The position numbers were made by a program, and so were the translations under genes. Shown here piece by piece: positions 48,734-63,950 of a DNA stretch of 64,000 bases (positions are counted from its first letter, which is position 1; each line of letters opens with the position of its first letter). Under the pieces are notes generated by a model. It was given only the letters and a program-made list of their open reading frames with translations, ran no database searches and was not told where the DNA came from. Location of the stretch: positions 52,576,001-52,640,000 of the forward strand of contig NW_025963779.1 of assembly GCF_023055435.1 (NCBI RefSeq), read 5' to 3'. The stretch is from Haliotis rufescens. Its lineage: Eukaryota.

Positions 48734-51700
48734 CTTATTAAAACTGGCCTTCTAGGCAGTAAATAATAACACCAAACAAAAAATCACTGCCAATCTAAAA
48801 CCCAAAACAAACAAAATAAAAAACAAATCACACCCGCCCAACTCTCCTTCATCCCTCCTCCTCCCGCAAAATTCCAAATTATAAATTCTTGAAAAACTGA
48901 AATATGCCACCCTAACACCCTCTCAGGTTGCTTCTTCTCTCGGACAAACCTTCCATTTTTGTCAAACCACACTAAATGGCCTGGCAGGCCAGTGTGAGAA
49001 ATACGCATGATGTTGGAACACAACACAACAGCCACTACAACAATGTGCTGACTGGCACATTCTGCTTCTTGTATATATGTGACTATGCTTGTCGTTAAAG
49101 GCGACTATGCTTGTCGTAAAAGGCGACTATGCTTGTCGTAAAAGGCGACTAACGGGATCGGGTGGTCAGGCTCGCTGACTTGGTTGATGCATGTCATCGA
49201 TCCCAATTGCGGGGATCGATGCTCATGATATCAATCACTGGATTGTCTGGTCCATACTTGATTATTTACAGACTGCTGTCATATAGCTGGAATATTGCTG
49301 AGTGCGGCATTAAACAACAAACCAAACAACCAAATCTTGTATGAATCTACCTGTATAAAATAAATTTGTATATACTACAAGCCATCAACTCGATGTTGTC
49401 ACTTCCTACTGAGAATCAACACAGACGACTCGCATATTGGAATATGCAAATAATTCTATTCATCATGACATGTGTCTATAACTCCTGCAGCATGCATGTT
49501 GATAGTACTGGTTAACTATATTACACATACTACTGATCTGATATCTCCTGAAATATGTTTCTCACAAAGTTAAAAACTTCAATATCTATTTGAATGTCTC
49601 AGGTTTTAAGATTACAGATAATCATTTACATGTGAACTACTGAGGGATGATTATTTAGATGCAAAAAAGATGAATTTGGTTGAATTGGAATTGTGTGTTC
49701 ATTCATTCATACTATGTTTATTACGTTTTAATTTCATAACTTTATCAGTGACAAAGCAATTCCAGATAGAAGGTTTTAAATAATATCCAAGTTGAATAAA
49801 TGCTTATATTAAGTTACTAAGAATGGAAAATATCCTGTGAAACATTCATGCTTCATGTGAATCCCATCCATCAACAGTTTATGTACACAGTTGCGTTGAA
49901 CATTTTATTGGAAAAAATAGTTATAAGTAAAATGTCTCCTGCAATCACGTCCACTAAAAATTTGGATGAAAATCTAAAAAAATTTTTATTGTGGCCTTAG
50001 TTACATATTACTGATGTTACCATGTGTAATTATGTATGTATTTATTTATTTTATGTTTGAACATATGAACAACATATAATATCAAACTAAAAGCAAATTG
50101 CCACAATTGTTGCAACTTATATTTTGACCATAATTCATCATTGCAGGCAATAATTGAGTTTAATGGATCATCTGATGTGTCTGCGCACTCACTATTTTTG
50201 TGTATTAGAAAATTATGTTACATAAAATAAAACCATAAAATATCCCCTGAATGAAATTTATGTCATGAATTCAAGTTTGTTTATTTTTTTTGGCTAACCT
50301 TATGGGATGGTGTCATGAGTAAAGAGACAAATATTTCTCAGTGTTGAAGTGAAGAAAACCGACTGCCTCGCTTGTTTGTCTGTCTTATCAAGCAAGCATA
50401 TGCACTTCTCACAAACCTACTTCACATAATGTCCCCCTGAAGTAAATCTACTTTTACACATTATCAATAGTTCATACGGACATTAGCCAGCCTTCTGTCA
50501 GGTAGCAATGAGTGATATCCACCCCCTAAGGACCACTGAGGAGAAATCAGCGCGCGTACATTTCAATCAGCACTAGGCTTGCAGTTGCTTCACAATAGCC
50601 TGTCTATATTCATGTTTACAGGTACATGCCACCTTCACGGTAACGCTTAGTGCCTATTATTAACCCATTTACTGCCCACAGCTATCGGAAGGCTAGAGAC
50701 GTGGTTCAGTACAACAATGACCATGTCAAGGGATTGATTTTGAAATCTACAAGTGAATAGACTGATAAGTACAGGCCTGTGGTGGTGAGAGTGCAGCCAG
50801 TGAAGATAATATGTACATTGCATGACTGAAATGAAAGTGTTTTACAGTGACATACATCCATCAGTGTGAGACATTACTAGCGTTGGGAGGTGATATTCAA
50901 CATGTTTCGTGGAGGAGGGATTTAAAACAGGACAAGTAAGTAGAACATGTCTATATTTATATAAACCTTCACTTGAGTATTTAACTCAGGTGTTCAACAG
51001 TAAATCTATCAATATATGAGCAAAACGGTAGGCGTAAGGACATAAATTCACAAAGGCGAATATATTTGTGACATGAGATGTACATAACTAGTACATTACC
51101 AAAAAGTTGATATATCAATTGGGTTTGTGACACTGAAATGTGCTTCCAGTACACACATGTATAGAGGAAAGAGAATATGTTGCATTCCGAGGGTCACAAA
51201 TATTCATTGTATCAAATTTGTGACAAGAAATATGAAAGTCTGTAGTTAAGGTAATTATCAAATATTACAGTACAGTTCACTACACCATTTCATTACTTTA
51301 CAGATCTCTCATATTGCCTGTAAGGATTCTTAAAATTAATTATAACCCCTGATCAAACCATGTAGACTGAAAATATAAAATCACATTTCTTAATATATGT
51401 CAAGCCATCTTTATGTCCATGGATGAATGACAGATGCAGTTGAAATGTTGGGGTGGTTTGTGGACTGCCTGGGTTAAGAGTTTAGGTTAGAACTGATATT
51501 CAGAGGTCAGATACATACTTGAAGCAAGAAGTTATTTCCGAGTTAGGACCAATTGATTGAAATTACCTAGAAATCATGTTTGGGAGTGTTTAGGGTAAGT
51601 AAGGGCGTGAGGTCTGTGCTAATTAAGTTACGAGGCAGAGAAGAAACAAGCATAATTAGATGTAACATTATTTCTATTTTTGTCATAAAGAAGGTCCACC

Positions 51701-51807
51701 AGACAGATTATCAAAATCAATGTAGTCTTTCCTCCAGGGGATATTACATTACATGCTAGTGTTAATTCTGAACCTGGTAGGATTTATTTATCATGTTCGT
51801 GATACGG

Positions 51808-52630
51808 ATACATGTAACATACATCTGTTATTGATGAGGGTACATGTAACAACATCTGTTATTGATTAGGTTACATGTAACACATCTGTTATTGATGAGG
51901 TACATGTGACACATCTGTTATTGATGAGGGTACATGTACCACTTCTGTTATTTATGAGGGAGGGTACATGTAACATACCCCTTGTAAGGTTACATGTAAC
52001 ACTGTTATGATGAGGGTACATGTAACACATCAGTTATTGATGAGGGTACATGTAACACATCTGTTATTGATTAGGTTACATGTAACACATCTGTTATTGA
52101 TGAGGTACATGTGACACATCTGTTATTGATGAGGGTACATGTACCACTTCTGTTATTTATGAGGGAGGGTACATGTAACATACCCCTTGTAAGGTTACAT
52201 GTAACATTGTTATGATGAGGGTACATGTAACACATCTGTTATTGATGAGGGTACATGTAACACATCTAATATGATGAGGGTACATGTAACACATCTGTTA
52301 TTGATGAGGGTACCTGTAACACATCTGTTATTGATAAGGGTACATGTAACATACACCTGTTATTAAGGTTACATGTAACACATCTGTTATTTATGAGGTT
52401 ACATGTAACACATCTGTTATAGATGAGGTTACTTGTAACACATCTGTTATTGATGAGGGTACATGTAACACATCTGTTATTGATGAGGGTACATGTAACA
52501 CATCTGTTATTGATGAGGGTACAGGTAACACATCTGTTATTGATTAGGGTACAAGTAACATACACCTGTTGTCAAGGTTACATGTAACACATTATTGTTA
52601 GGGTTGGATGTAACATACACCTGTTATTCG
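51808..52630. repeat. 30-bp minisatellite
   Basis: ggtacatgtaacacatctgttattgatgag. Confidence 0.93.
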
Positions 52631-55600
52631 TAAGGTTAGATGCGAAGAATCTCAAAGTATGTTGGTAGAGATAATGAAAAATCTTTCAGACATGCTAATG
52701 ATTTTCATGCCAAGTCAAATTATTGCTCAGCCTCAGTCTTTTTAAACAATATCTGCTTATTGATGAGGGTAATATTTGCTTTGGAGGATAGAATTGTTTT
52801 GGATACACATGGAGATTGTCATAAATAGTCTTGTATTACAAGGACCAGTGACTTGTGTCCAGCAGGATCTACCTGTTAGAGGGGACTTCATCAAAACAAC
52901 ATTACTCATAGTTCGATATATTTACTCTTGAACCAAGATATTTCATAAATCAATTTGATTACTGACTCCAGCCATAATTTACTATATCAATATCTGGTTA
53001 AGCATGTGAGCCCATTTATCATGTGGAAATTCTTGTTAAGTTGGTGACACGAGACTTATGATCTGAAGATATCTCTCCGTGCACATCGCAATATTCCAGT
53101 TGCTGCCTGCTGTGGGTTAAGGTGTGATCTGTGTCAGCATATCTCTGTGTGATCAGACAGTTGATGATCTTCTCTTTCATGCTTCATTGGGTCTTTTGTC
53201 TTCTTTAGTAACAGACCCAGTGGAATGTGGTAAGCTTCATAAAGGAAGGGTTCAAATCACACGTATGCCTTTTATTGGCGCACTTGCATAATACATGTAT
53301 GCCTTTTATTGGTAGACGTATGTCTTATACCTGTTATCACAAGTTTGTCTTGTTTGTATTATAGATACATGACTTGTACCTGTTATCACATGTGTGACTT
53401 GTATAATAGATTCATGGTACACATTTTTCAGACCCATAAAGATCCGGGGTAGAATAGGTCTTCAGCAACCCATGCTTGCCGTAAAAAGCGACTATGTTCT
53501 CATAGAAGTCCCGAATGGATTATTTACAAACCGCAGTCATATAGCTGGAATATTGCTGAGTGCGGCGTAAAACAACAAACCAACCAATTTCAGCAACCCA
53601 TGGGTGCCGTAAAAGGCGACTATGCTTGTCGTAAGAGGCGACTAAAGGGATTGGGTGGTCAGGCTCGCTGACTTGGCTAATGTATGTCATTGTATCCCAA
53701 TTGCGTGGATCAATGCTCATGATGTCAATCACTGGATTGTCTGGTCCAGACTCGATTATTTATAGACCGCCAACATATAGCTGGAATATTGCTGAGTGCG
53801 GCGTTACACAACAAACAAAAACACATTTTCATATGACTAAATGTACCTGTTCATATATATGTCTTGTAAGGGTGGAACAATACAAATCTCAAATGCACCA
53901 CAAAACATGGTCCTCAATACGACACATGATATATATGGACCAGTATCGAGATAAATGATTATACAAAATACATAATTTTACTTAAATAATGAAAGATTAA
54001 CCTTATCTTTGAAACGAGCTGTGTGCCAATTGTAAACCTGTCGCGATACACCAACTCACTAAACTTGTACTGTTTTTCATGTTCACACAATAGCCAATCG
54101 CAAGGATTAATACGTAGGGCTCTTCAACATGACTGGTTACACAGTCTTTGTTGTCATTACATGAACAATGAGGTCTGCCTCTGTTGTCTTGTTGATAGTG
54201 CATCTGAAGGCCGGTGGTTCGATTCCCAGCCACGTCATACCAAAAGCCGTTAAAAGATTGTACTTTCTGTTTCTCTGCCTGGCGCTCAGAATAAAGGGGA
54301 TAATACAAGGACTGGTCGGCTTTTAGTCAGTATAATGTGTCATAGTAGGGTATCCTATGTTAAACTGCAGTGTTGAATCTCAGCTGGCCAGCACTATAAA
54401 ACTAGCACTTGTCCGGGCTAATACAAGCACACACACATGAATGCATGCCTGCATCTGCGCACACAAACATGCATGTTGCCTTATAAGTGCAATATTCTTG
54501 AATGCAATATTAAACCCCCTCCTGTCTCTTGAACAATAACATTAACTGTGCCATTTGGAATGCCAAAGTTGCTACATGAGTCAGCAAGGTTTTGTGTTAA
54601 GTGAGGACAGTTATGAGAGGATCTTTTCCATCAAGACTAAGTGACTGTCTTGGAAGTGACTTTATTTTCGTCTTTGAATTTTAGAAACTTTAAAGTTCAT
54701 GGCATTTGTGTTGTTATTCTGGCATACTGGGATTACATATGTAAAGCAGAGATCTTTCACCAATAGTACTGTTCCCATCAAAGCAAATAACAAATATATT
54801 AGTCTGTTTGCCCTTAATTAAAATCAACCACAACTGTTGACGAGCTTGTCTGATCCACCATAAGCAGCTCATCTGGCCATGTAATCCAGGTATGCTTGAT
54901 TTACCTGAATGTCAACACAATAGTCTACACTATTGAGGCTTAGCAGCTTAGCAAGTTGAATCTTGTGGACTTGCTGTATGAGAGGGAGACAGGTGTGTCC
55001 TCACAAACTAAATATGTGGGCTTGTAATCAATAATTGAACTATATCTACAATCAGAATTATACACTGCTCCAAACAATCAGCCATGTAAGTCACTTGGGT
55101 CAGGACAGACAAGTCGTTTTGTTGTTTTACAGATCTACACCAGCTATGCCCTCAAATTTCACGTTTTTTCTTCTGGGAAACCACCTTGTTGCTTATATAT
55201 TTTCCAAAGCAATATTTTAGGAATCAGTATGGCAACACAACTTCATATGAAGCAAAATTCAAAATGAATTAACACCAGGATTTAGATTTGTTGTTAATAC
55301 CTTGTCAAAACATCAATTATGCTCTTTCATGGTCATAAGTTGAGTATTCATGACAGAATCCTGAATTTAAATATTTGTACTTATCTAAAGGTTATGTATG
55401 AGTTTATATGAGGTAGACACAAGGTGACTTGATGAAAAATATGGGTAACTTTTATTGAATTTGGTCACCAGACAGAGGGCTGCAATATGTGCCAGATGCA
55501 TGCAGTCATTCAGCCATGACAGTTTTCATTAACAGTACCCACTGTGTTGTGAAATTATTGGGTGCGACCTAAACCCATAAGCTACGTCCATTTAAGAACT

Positions 55601-58600
55601 TCAAGAATGCCATTCACCATAAGCTGGATAACGGTTGAGACTGATAATATTCTTTCCATTTTCTAAATCCCAGGTTTATTTTGAGAATCATACACTTCAT
55701 TAAGCATGTTCCAGGTTTCTTTTCCATAGGTACATCGACGGCCCGCTCCTCTAGCTAAGGCACAGCAATGCTACTGGTATGGCGGAATCCTGTGATTGTG
55801 GGTTTGAATCCCAGTCCTACCTGATTATGTTTCTAGGTTTGCCACCTTGTGCACACTAGTTTCACCAAGTGGTAAACACCTCATACCTGCATCGCTTTAA
55901 GCCTTCCTCCCACATCAACCTGGCTGGCGTGATGAAACTGAAACACAATAATGATACAGATTATTTCTTTTCAATATTTGCATTTTTATCACGTAGCAAA
56001 GTAATGATACTGGACATTGCTTGCTGAATCAACAGCAGTGCATGGGAGACGAGTGATTGCTATTATAGTAGGAGAACATCATGCACATCATTAACGATTT
56101 CAGCTTTTACAAAATGATTACAGTAACAGAATGTATGTTTGATCTAAGTTTCTTCTCTCCTGCTAATTAAATTGGACTGTTTAAGCACCACCTTTTGACA
56201 ATTGTTTGAGTGACATTTAATACAGCATATGAGGTTCTGTCAATATTTTTTATCTGAATCTGTTTTTAGTTTTAAGTAACAAAAGGGGATCTATTTATTA
56301 AAAAAAATTGTTTGTGCCAACAGAAACTAGGCTATGTCTGACCCATTCAGAGCAAACACCTGGAAAAGAATTTCAAAGCGCCATGTTTTGAAAAAAAGAG
56401 TGTTTGATGATAATTTTCATTTTAATTGCAGCTGGTTGAGGCATGTTGTGTTGTATGGCTGGTGAATGATCCATTGTACACAGTCTGTGATCAAACAGTG
56501 GGTTTAGTGTGCTGTGGTTAACAAAAGCAGCTTCAAGTCTTTTTTTCTTATACCCCATAAAAAGTACATTGGACAAGCTTTTACTCTGTGATACCTCTGT
56601 TCGTGAAGATCTGAGGACCCTTCCATGGGAGATCACATCAGGTGACCTTTCTAATCAGCCAGTCAGGCATCAAGGTCTTCCCTGTCTGTATGCACTTTGT
56701 GTTTGGCTGTGAATTGAGTTGTCTAAGATTGTGAGATGGAGTGATAATGCGATGCGGCGAAAGGTGACACATAACGCTAATGGTGCTGTCGCTTCTGAGA
56801 GCCATGGCATCTACACCCAAATAGGTGTACTGATGACAGTATCTTTGCGTTCTGTGGCTGCATCTCAAAATTTCTGAATGAAGGTGGTTAAAAAATGAAT
56901 CGGAATTGTTTTGGAAAGCTAACATCTGATTGGCTCAGGAACCCATGCATCATTCATTTGGATTGGGCAGTCCAAGTTCTCTAAAGGTTGATCTGCGGTC
57001 ATCTGCGGTCATCTGCTGTCATCTGCTGTGGAGTTGTCATCAGATCTTCAAGCAGACCCAGATATTGTATAGAGTAAAGAACTGATCATGAAAGTCCAGT
57101 TTCCACCCTTGCCGAACTAGGCTGGTATTATGGAGTTACATTTTTGTTTTGACTAACGAGTCTATGCATAGTCCATTCAAAATCGTGCAATGAAATCAAA
57201 ATCCGGTTCGTAAACTGTCATGCAGATTTCGGTCGAATGCAGGATTTGCAAAGCATGTGCACCACCAACTCGTCAATAGATATTTTCCAAATCTTTTCAT
57301 GTTTTTAATCAAAGTGATCACACCCGTCACACCCATCACACAAATCAACAAGATATAGCTGTAATGAAAAAACAAGAGATGGCAATATGAGGGAGACATT
57401 TAGATATTTTCTGCATGCAGAGCTCCAGATAACTTTTTGAGCAATTGAGTTATTACTCAAGGTTTTAATTTTAATTGGGTTATTACATTTTTCATTGGGT
57501 AAGCAGTGTTTTTTCACTTACATATTCATCACTCTATTGGGTTTTTAAAAAAAAATGAAATAATATTTTTGATGTATATAACAGTTCTAAATAAAGGCCT
57601 GACTCTGAAGGTGAATTAGCTCGTAATTGTGTTCTGGAATTTAGCCCCGTTGTACGCATGCTGAAAAAGCTTTTTGGGGTATTTACCCGTACTTTGTTTA
57701 TACATTTGAGTTTTTCATTAATGTATGCATTTCTGTATGCATGCTAATTTAATGTAATTGGGTTTTTAATATTTTTGGGGGGTACCATAGTTTACGCAAA
57801 TACGCTGCTTATCTGTAGCTCTGTGCATGGTTATATTGAATGAGAGTTCTGTGACTAAAATGTAGACACACCATTGTATGGATGATACAATGCAAAGTTT
57901 AATCTACATAAACTCATCTTCAAAATGAAGTAAAAACATTTTAAAAACAGTATGTGAAAGTCAGATTCAACTCAGAATAAGACATTTTGAATATCACACC
58001 TATTAAAATGCTGTAAAATAACAAAATTATAAAGTGTTAAATCTCATTCACACAAAGGCACAAATTTCATAATGTCACATTTAGAAAAAGTTGAGTGAAG
58101 GAAAATAATTACATTTTCAATATGGCTGCCATGGCAATAATGTCTGAATCAGATTTGCACATCTGGTGTTGATCATCTCTGCAAAGTTTCAGTTTCATAG
58201 GACTTATGGTTACAGAAATGTCAAACAAAGCATTTCTTCAGTCAGATGGAAGGATGGACGGAAGCTTTGATGTAAACTTAAAACTAACATGAACTTTTAG
58301 TTCAGGCAAGCTAACAGTTGGTAGGTAAAACAGGATGTTTTCACTCCACAACCAGGGAGAATATCTGTGAGAGCCAATTGGTTCTTTGAATTCAGCATTT
58401 CCCTTTCTGAGTGAGGTATAAGAGGCAACCACATGCATGTGTTCCAAAGTATGTTTTGTTTTTGTTTGTTGTTTAATGCCGTACTCAGCAATATTCCAGC
58501 TATATGACGGCGGTTTGTAAATCGAGTCTGGACCAGACAATCCTGTGATTGACTTCATTCTACACAACTTGGGATATGAAAGACTTTGGATGGTTTGTGG

Positions 58601-59639
58601 TTTACCTTTTCCCTGATTACTGATTGAATACCAGTAGATCACTGACCACTTAATAGTGTGATGCATCCGTTCTCTCACCAACCAATCACTCAGTAAATGA
58701 AGTCAAGGTATCAGCCAAAGCACTGAGATTGCATGGCACTTGATGAAATACTATTCGATTTTTTGTAAGGATATTTTCATTACCATTACACTATGATATG
58801 CCAGTCAGATTACTATTTAAATTTAATAAGTACAAAATAACCTAGCATCCCAATTAATTGTTGTACAGTACTATCCCAATCACTGAAATCAGTCACAGTT
58901 GCTGTCTGGCTGGACTTATGTGAGCTCATACACCATGGTGAAGTTTTTGTTTCCAAATTGTTTGTGTGGTTGTATTTAGATTTTGCCACACACGGTAATG
59001 TACCTTACACTTTGTAAGTGTTTTCCCAGTAAAGTCCGCAGTGATTGATCGTGTCGCAGTTATGGAAGTAAGGACCTTGTGAGTCAGCTGAATCAGCTCA
59101 TTTCTACACATTCTTACTGGTGGCACTCATGATCATACTTACACAAAAATAGAATTGTAAGCAGAAAGTAGTTTTTTGCAGCCCATTGTCTTCGCTGACG
59201 TCAGTAATGTCAAATTTAGTGTGGTAGATATTGAATGAATAATCAGTATTGAAAATCAAAATGCTTATTGATTTGTTGGATCAATAAGTAACAAAATATG
59301 TAACTAGAAAAGCCTTTCATAGGTGTTGTATCTATGCAGGCCTAGGAGATGTCTGCAATGCAGGTCGTTCCTCATCAGGAAGTGGAAACCGTCCCCAGGG
59401 AGCTCCTGCTCCACTCTTCATACCAGAACACAATTGCCTGGAACTCACTTCATTATCTCATGAAGAGAAGTAAAATGATCACAATTGATTGTTGATTGAT
59501 CTGACAGCTTGGGAGTCTGTATGAGAATTACAGACATCAGGAACTAACAATGTAGTCATTAGGGCCATAGACCCAGTAGCTCAACAACTGTACTGTATTC
59601 AGTTAATATTCTGTCCTCTCTCCCTACCGTATCCAAACC

Positions 59640-61035
59640 CTTTTCATATGCCCACTCCCATCCTGTCCCCACCCTATCCACCCCCATCTTATCCCCACCC
59701 CCATCTTATCCCTACCCCTTTCCTGTCCCCTCCCTATCCTCTACCCACACCCATCTTATCCCCACCCCCATCCTGTCCCTTCCCTACCCCCAAAAAACCC
59801 CATCTTATCCCCACCCCCATCCTGTCCCCTCCCTATCCTCTACCCACACCCATCTTATCCCCACCCCCATCCTGTCCCTTCCCTACCCCCTATACACCCC
59901 ATCTTATCCCCACCCTCTCATCCTGTCCCCTCCCTATCCTCTACCCCCATCCATCCTGTCCCTTCCCTACCCCTATACACCCCATCTTATCCCCACCCCC
60001 ATGCTGTCCCCTCCCTATCCTCTACCCACACCCATCTTATCCCCACCCCCATCTTATCCCTACCCCTTTCCTGTCCCCTCCATATCCTCTACCCACACCC
60101 ATCTTATCCCCACCCCCATCCTGTCCCTTCCCTACCCCTATACACCCCATCTTATCCCCACCCCCATCCTGTCCCCTCCCTATCCTCTACCCACACCCAT
60201 CTTATCCCCACCCCCATCTTATCCCTACCCCTTTCCTGTCCCCTCCATATCCTCTACCCACACCCATCTTATCCCCACCCCCATCCTGTCCCTTCCCTAC
60301 CCCCTATACACCCCATCTTATCCCCCCCCCCCCCTATCCTGTCCCTTCCCTACCCCTATACACCCCATCTTATCCCCACCCCCATCCTGTCCCCTCCCTA
60401 TCCTCTACCTACAACCATCTTATCCCCACCCCCATCTTATCCCTACCCCTTTCCTGTCCCCTCCCTATCCTCTACCCACACCCATCTTATCCCCGACCCC
60501 ATCCTGTCCCTTCCCTACCCCTATACACCCCATCTTGTCCCCACCCTCATCCTGTCCCCTCCCTGTCCTCTACCAATCCCCATCTTATCCCTATCCTGTC
60601 CTCTCCCCGTCCTCTACCAATCCCCCTCTTACATTGTATCTCTATCCTGTCCCCTCCCTGTCCTCTCCCAATCCACATCTTATCCCTATCCTGTCCCCTC
60701 CCTGTCCTCTACCCACACCCATCTTATCCCCAACCCCATCCTATCCCCTCCCTGTCCTCTACCCACACCCATCTTATCTCCACCCTCATCCTGTCCCCAT
60801 CCTGTCCCCTCCCTATCCTCTACCCATCCCCATCATATCCCCAATCCAATCCTGTCCCCTCCCTTTCCTCTACCCATCCCCATCTTATCCCCAATCCCAT
60901 CCTGTCCCTTCCCTGTTCTTTACCCATCCCCATCTTATCCCCACCCCATCCTGTCCCCTTCCTGTCCTTTTACCTATCCCCATCTTATCCCCAACCCCAT
61001 TCTGTCCCCTACCCACACCCATCTTATCCCCTATA
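59640..61035. repeat. C-rich low-complexity tandem repeat
   Basis: ccccatcttatccccacccccatcctgtcccctccctatcctctaccc variants; very few G on the plus strand. Confidence 0.93.
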
Positions 61036-61396
61036 AATATATACCCTCCTATAAACCCATGGGATTAATTTTGTACCAATCTCTTGAAACCTACAGTGGG
61101 TACCCAGGTAGGGTCAGGTAATAGGGGGGTGGGTGCCTGGGTAGTAAATATGGACTTGTCCCAGCCCTACCCAGCAGCCTTTGCTTGTCTTTCAAGGCGA
61201 CTCAGTGGGTAGGGTGATCAGGCCAAGTGACTAGGTTGACTGCCTGTCATTGTACCAACAGCGTGGATCATAATTTCAAACATTTGATTGTCGGGTCCAG
61301 AGTCAATTATTTAAAGCCTGCCTTCATATAGCTCAAATACTGGTAAGCAGTTTTAAATAACAAAGGGGAAATGATTAAAGCTTTATGTTGAAGCGC

Positions 61397-61858
61397 CCTG
61401 GTTTGTTTCACCACATGGGTACAGCGTAGGAAGCCTTGGGTTGTTTCACCACATGGGTACAGCGTAGGAAGCCTTGGGTTGTTTCACCACATGGGTACAG
61501 CGTAGGAAGCCTTGGGTTGTTTCACCACATGGGTACAGCGTAGGAAGCCTTGGGTTGTTTCACCACATGGGTACAGTGTAGGAAGCCTTGGGTTGTTTCA
61601 CCACATGGGTACAGCGTAGGAAGCCTTGGGTTGTTTCACCACATGGGTACAGCGTAGGAAGCCTTGGGTTGTTTCACCACATGGGTACAGCGTAGGAAGC
61701 CTTGGGTTGTTTCACCACATGGGTACAGCGTTATAAGCCTTGGGTTGTTTCACCACATGGGTACAGCGTAGGAAGCCTTGGGTTTGTTTCACCACATGGG
61801 TACAGCGTAGGAAGCCTTGGGTTGTTTCACCACATGGGTACAGCGTAGGAAGCCTTGG
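61397..61858. repeat. 38-bp tandem repeat, 12 copies
   Basis: gggttgtttcaccacatgggtacagcgtaggaagcctt, near-identical copies with no spacers. Confidence 0.95.
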
Positions 61859-63950
61859 GGTTTATCACTATGGTATTGCTGAAGTATGGCTAACAGCAGC
61901 ATTGCATCATAGTCACTCAATCATTCCACACGTGAACGGTCTTAACACCCATACTTCAACATTGTCCTGCAATAGTCTTAGCACAATACACTTTGTGAAA
62001 TGGTCCTATTATATTTGTGGATAGACCTTGATATACGATGACAATTTTGTGACTCATTTCAGTTTTTATAGATCTGTGCTGTTACTTTACACCCTGAGCA
62101 TATAGTCTGGAAGATAATTTTGGTGTTGAGATCTTTGTACAGTTCAGTTAAATGCTATTCATAACACACTCTTCAAACTTGGCATGGGACAAAGATAAAC
62201 TAGGTATGTAATTTCAGAATTGTTGATGATCATGTGAAAATAAGATATCTGTATTTTCAATCACTTTTGCACTAAAACTGTCAATGGGTTTATAACGCGA
62301 CCTGTAATAGCGACTTAGTTCAGTGCTTGAGATGTCATGATGTCACATGACACCTGACAGTGTGAAATGTACATTTATTGTTGACAGACGTGCACAGACA
62401 CAAGAGCATGTCTGAACTATGCAGTATGATGCAAAAAACATACTGTGCACGATACAGCAGAGGTTATGATGTTCACACAGGTAATCCACAATTGTAAGAA
62501 GCGTCCATAAAATCATATTTGGGGACTTGTTGACTACCACACATGAATAGTCATTTGTTGTAAAGAGTTCTGTTGTTCATTCAAATCAGCTGTGCATTTT
62601 ATCTGACTGACTTGTTCCTTTTCAAGTTCTGTACAGGTAATCAGTGATGCCTGAACTGTAGACTCAGTATACAAGGAACCCCAGACATAGTTTATATTTA
62701 CCTTGCAGGCTGAATTCTTTGTGATTATGGTTCAAATAAAGCCAAACATTTTTCTTTATGAAATATATTTGCTACTTATTTGAGGTAAGAATAAGTTTTC
62801 TGATGCTAATGTGAAGCTGCATATTCAGATTGGTTTAATATCATTTTTTTTTACCATACATTTCCCACCTTCACTCTGGATGTCATATTGACTAAATTAC
62901 TTTTGTGTCCAGTTCAATTCAGCTGTCCTGAGTATTGTGGTAACAAGTGTGTAAAGTCAAACGTGTTGAGATCCCTGTGCGGTCATGTGTGACTGACTCC
63001 GTGGTCTAATGGATTGAGCATCTTCCCATAGGGTGGAAGTTTGTGGTTTGATCCCCTGGCTGTGTGTACCAAAAGATTATCAAAACGTCCCTACATGTAA
63101 TAAACCAGAAGTTGTTATAACGTTGTACAATTTCTTATATTCTCCAGGTAAAAATGCATCACTTTCGTTATGCGAGCCAGGGACACTCTCATTTGCAGTA
63201 TTATATCATGACTTTGTGTTGATCTTAATAATAGGAAACAAACCATATTTTTTTCAAATGGACTCCTGGGAGTTTGATGCACAGAATATTTATGGTCCAT
63301 ATCTTCAATACTGCAAAAACAATGATCGCACAAAATGTTGGGTTTTTTCTTTAATTAATATTTCAAGAAAACTTAATACTTTCCTGTATGTGACAGAATG
63401 GTTTGCCCTAACACTGTTCAAAATCCATTTCCAAACTGCATCAGTTGATCTGTCACATCATTGATCGACAGAAACTTCAGAAGTAAATACTGGTCCAAAT
63501 GATCAAGATGTCTCTTTCTTATCTGGCTTATTGATACAATGTATTATTAAGATATTTATCATAATATGTTAGAAGATCATTTGTAACCTTTTCCTGAATT
63601 TTATTAATAATAACACTTATATTGATACATTGTAAGAACATTTCCAATATAGAAAAACATGAAATCATCTCTAATAAAGAACATAACATACATATATTTC
63701 AAACAAGTAAAGTTTGGTTTTCAGTATTGTAGTACATGTATGGAATCAAGTCACAAAAAATGCAACTTCTACAGAAAAGCATGCATTCCATGCAAAAGTT
63801 GACTTTTATGCAAGCCCCATGTATTTCACTACCCAAGAATGGGTATAAAAACATGTGCGTTAACGGGATTCCTTATCCATTGTTTAGCATCCTGCTGACA
63901 ACAACCACTCAGAAAAACAACAAAATTACGCAATTATTCAACATTACGAA

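Noticed and set aside
59648-61068. Proline-rich extensin-like ORFs
   Set aside because: Consequence of the C-rich tandem repeat; open in more than one frame.
61397-61858. CRISPR-like 38-bp repeat array
   Set aside because: Repeats are directly adjacent with no spacers, there are no cas genes, the context is eukaryotic, and the unit looks SINE-derived.
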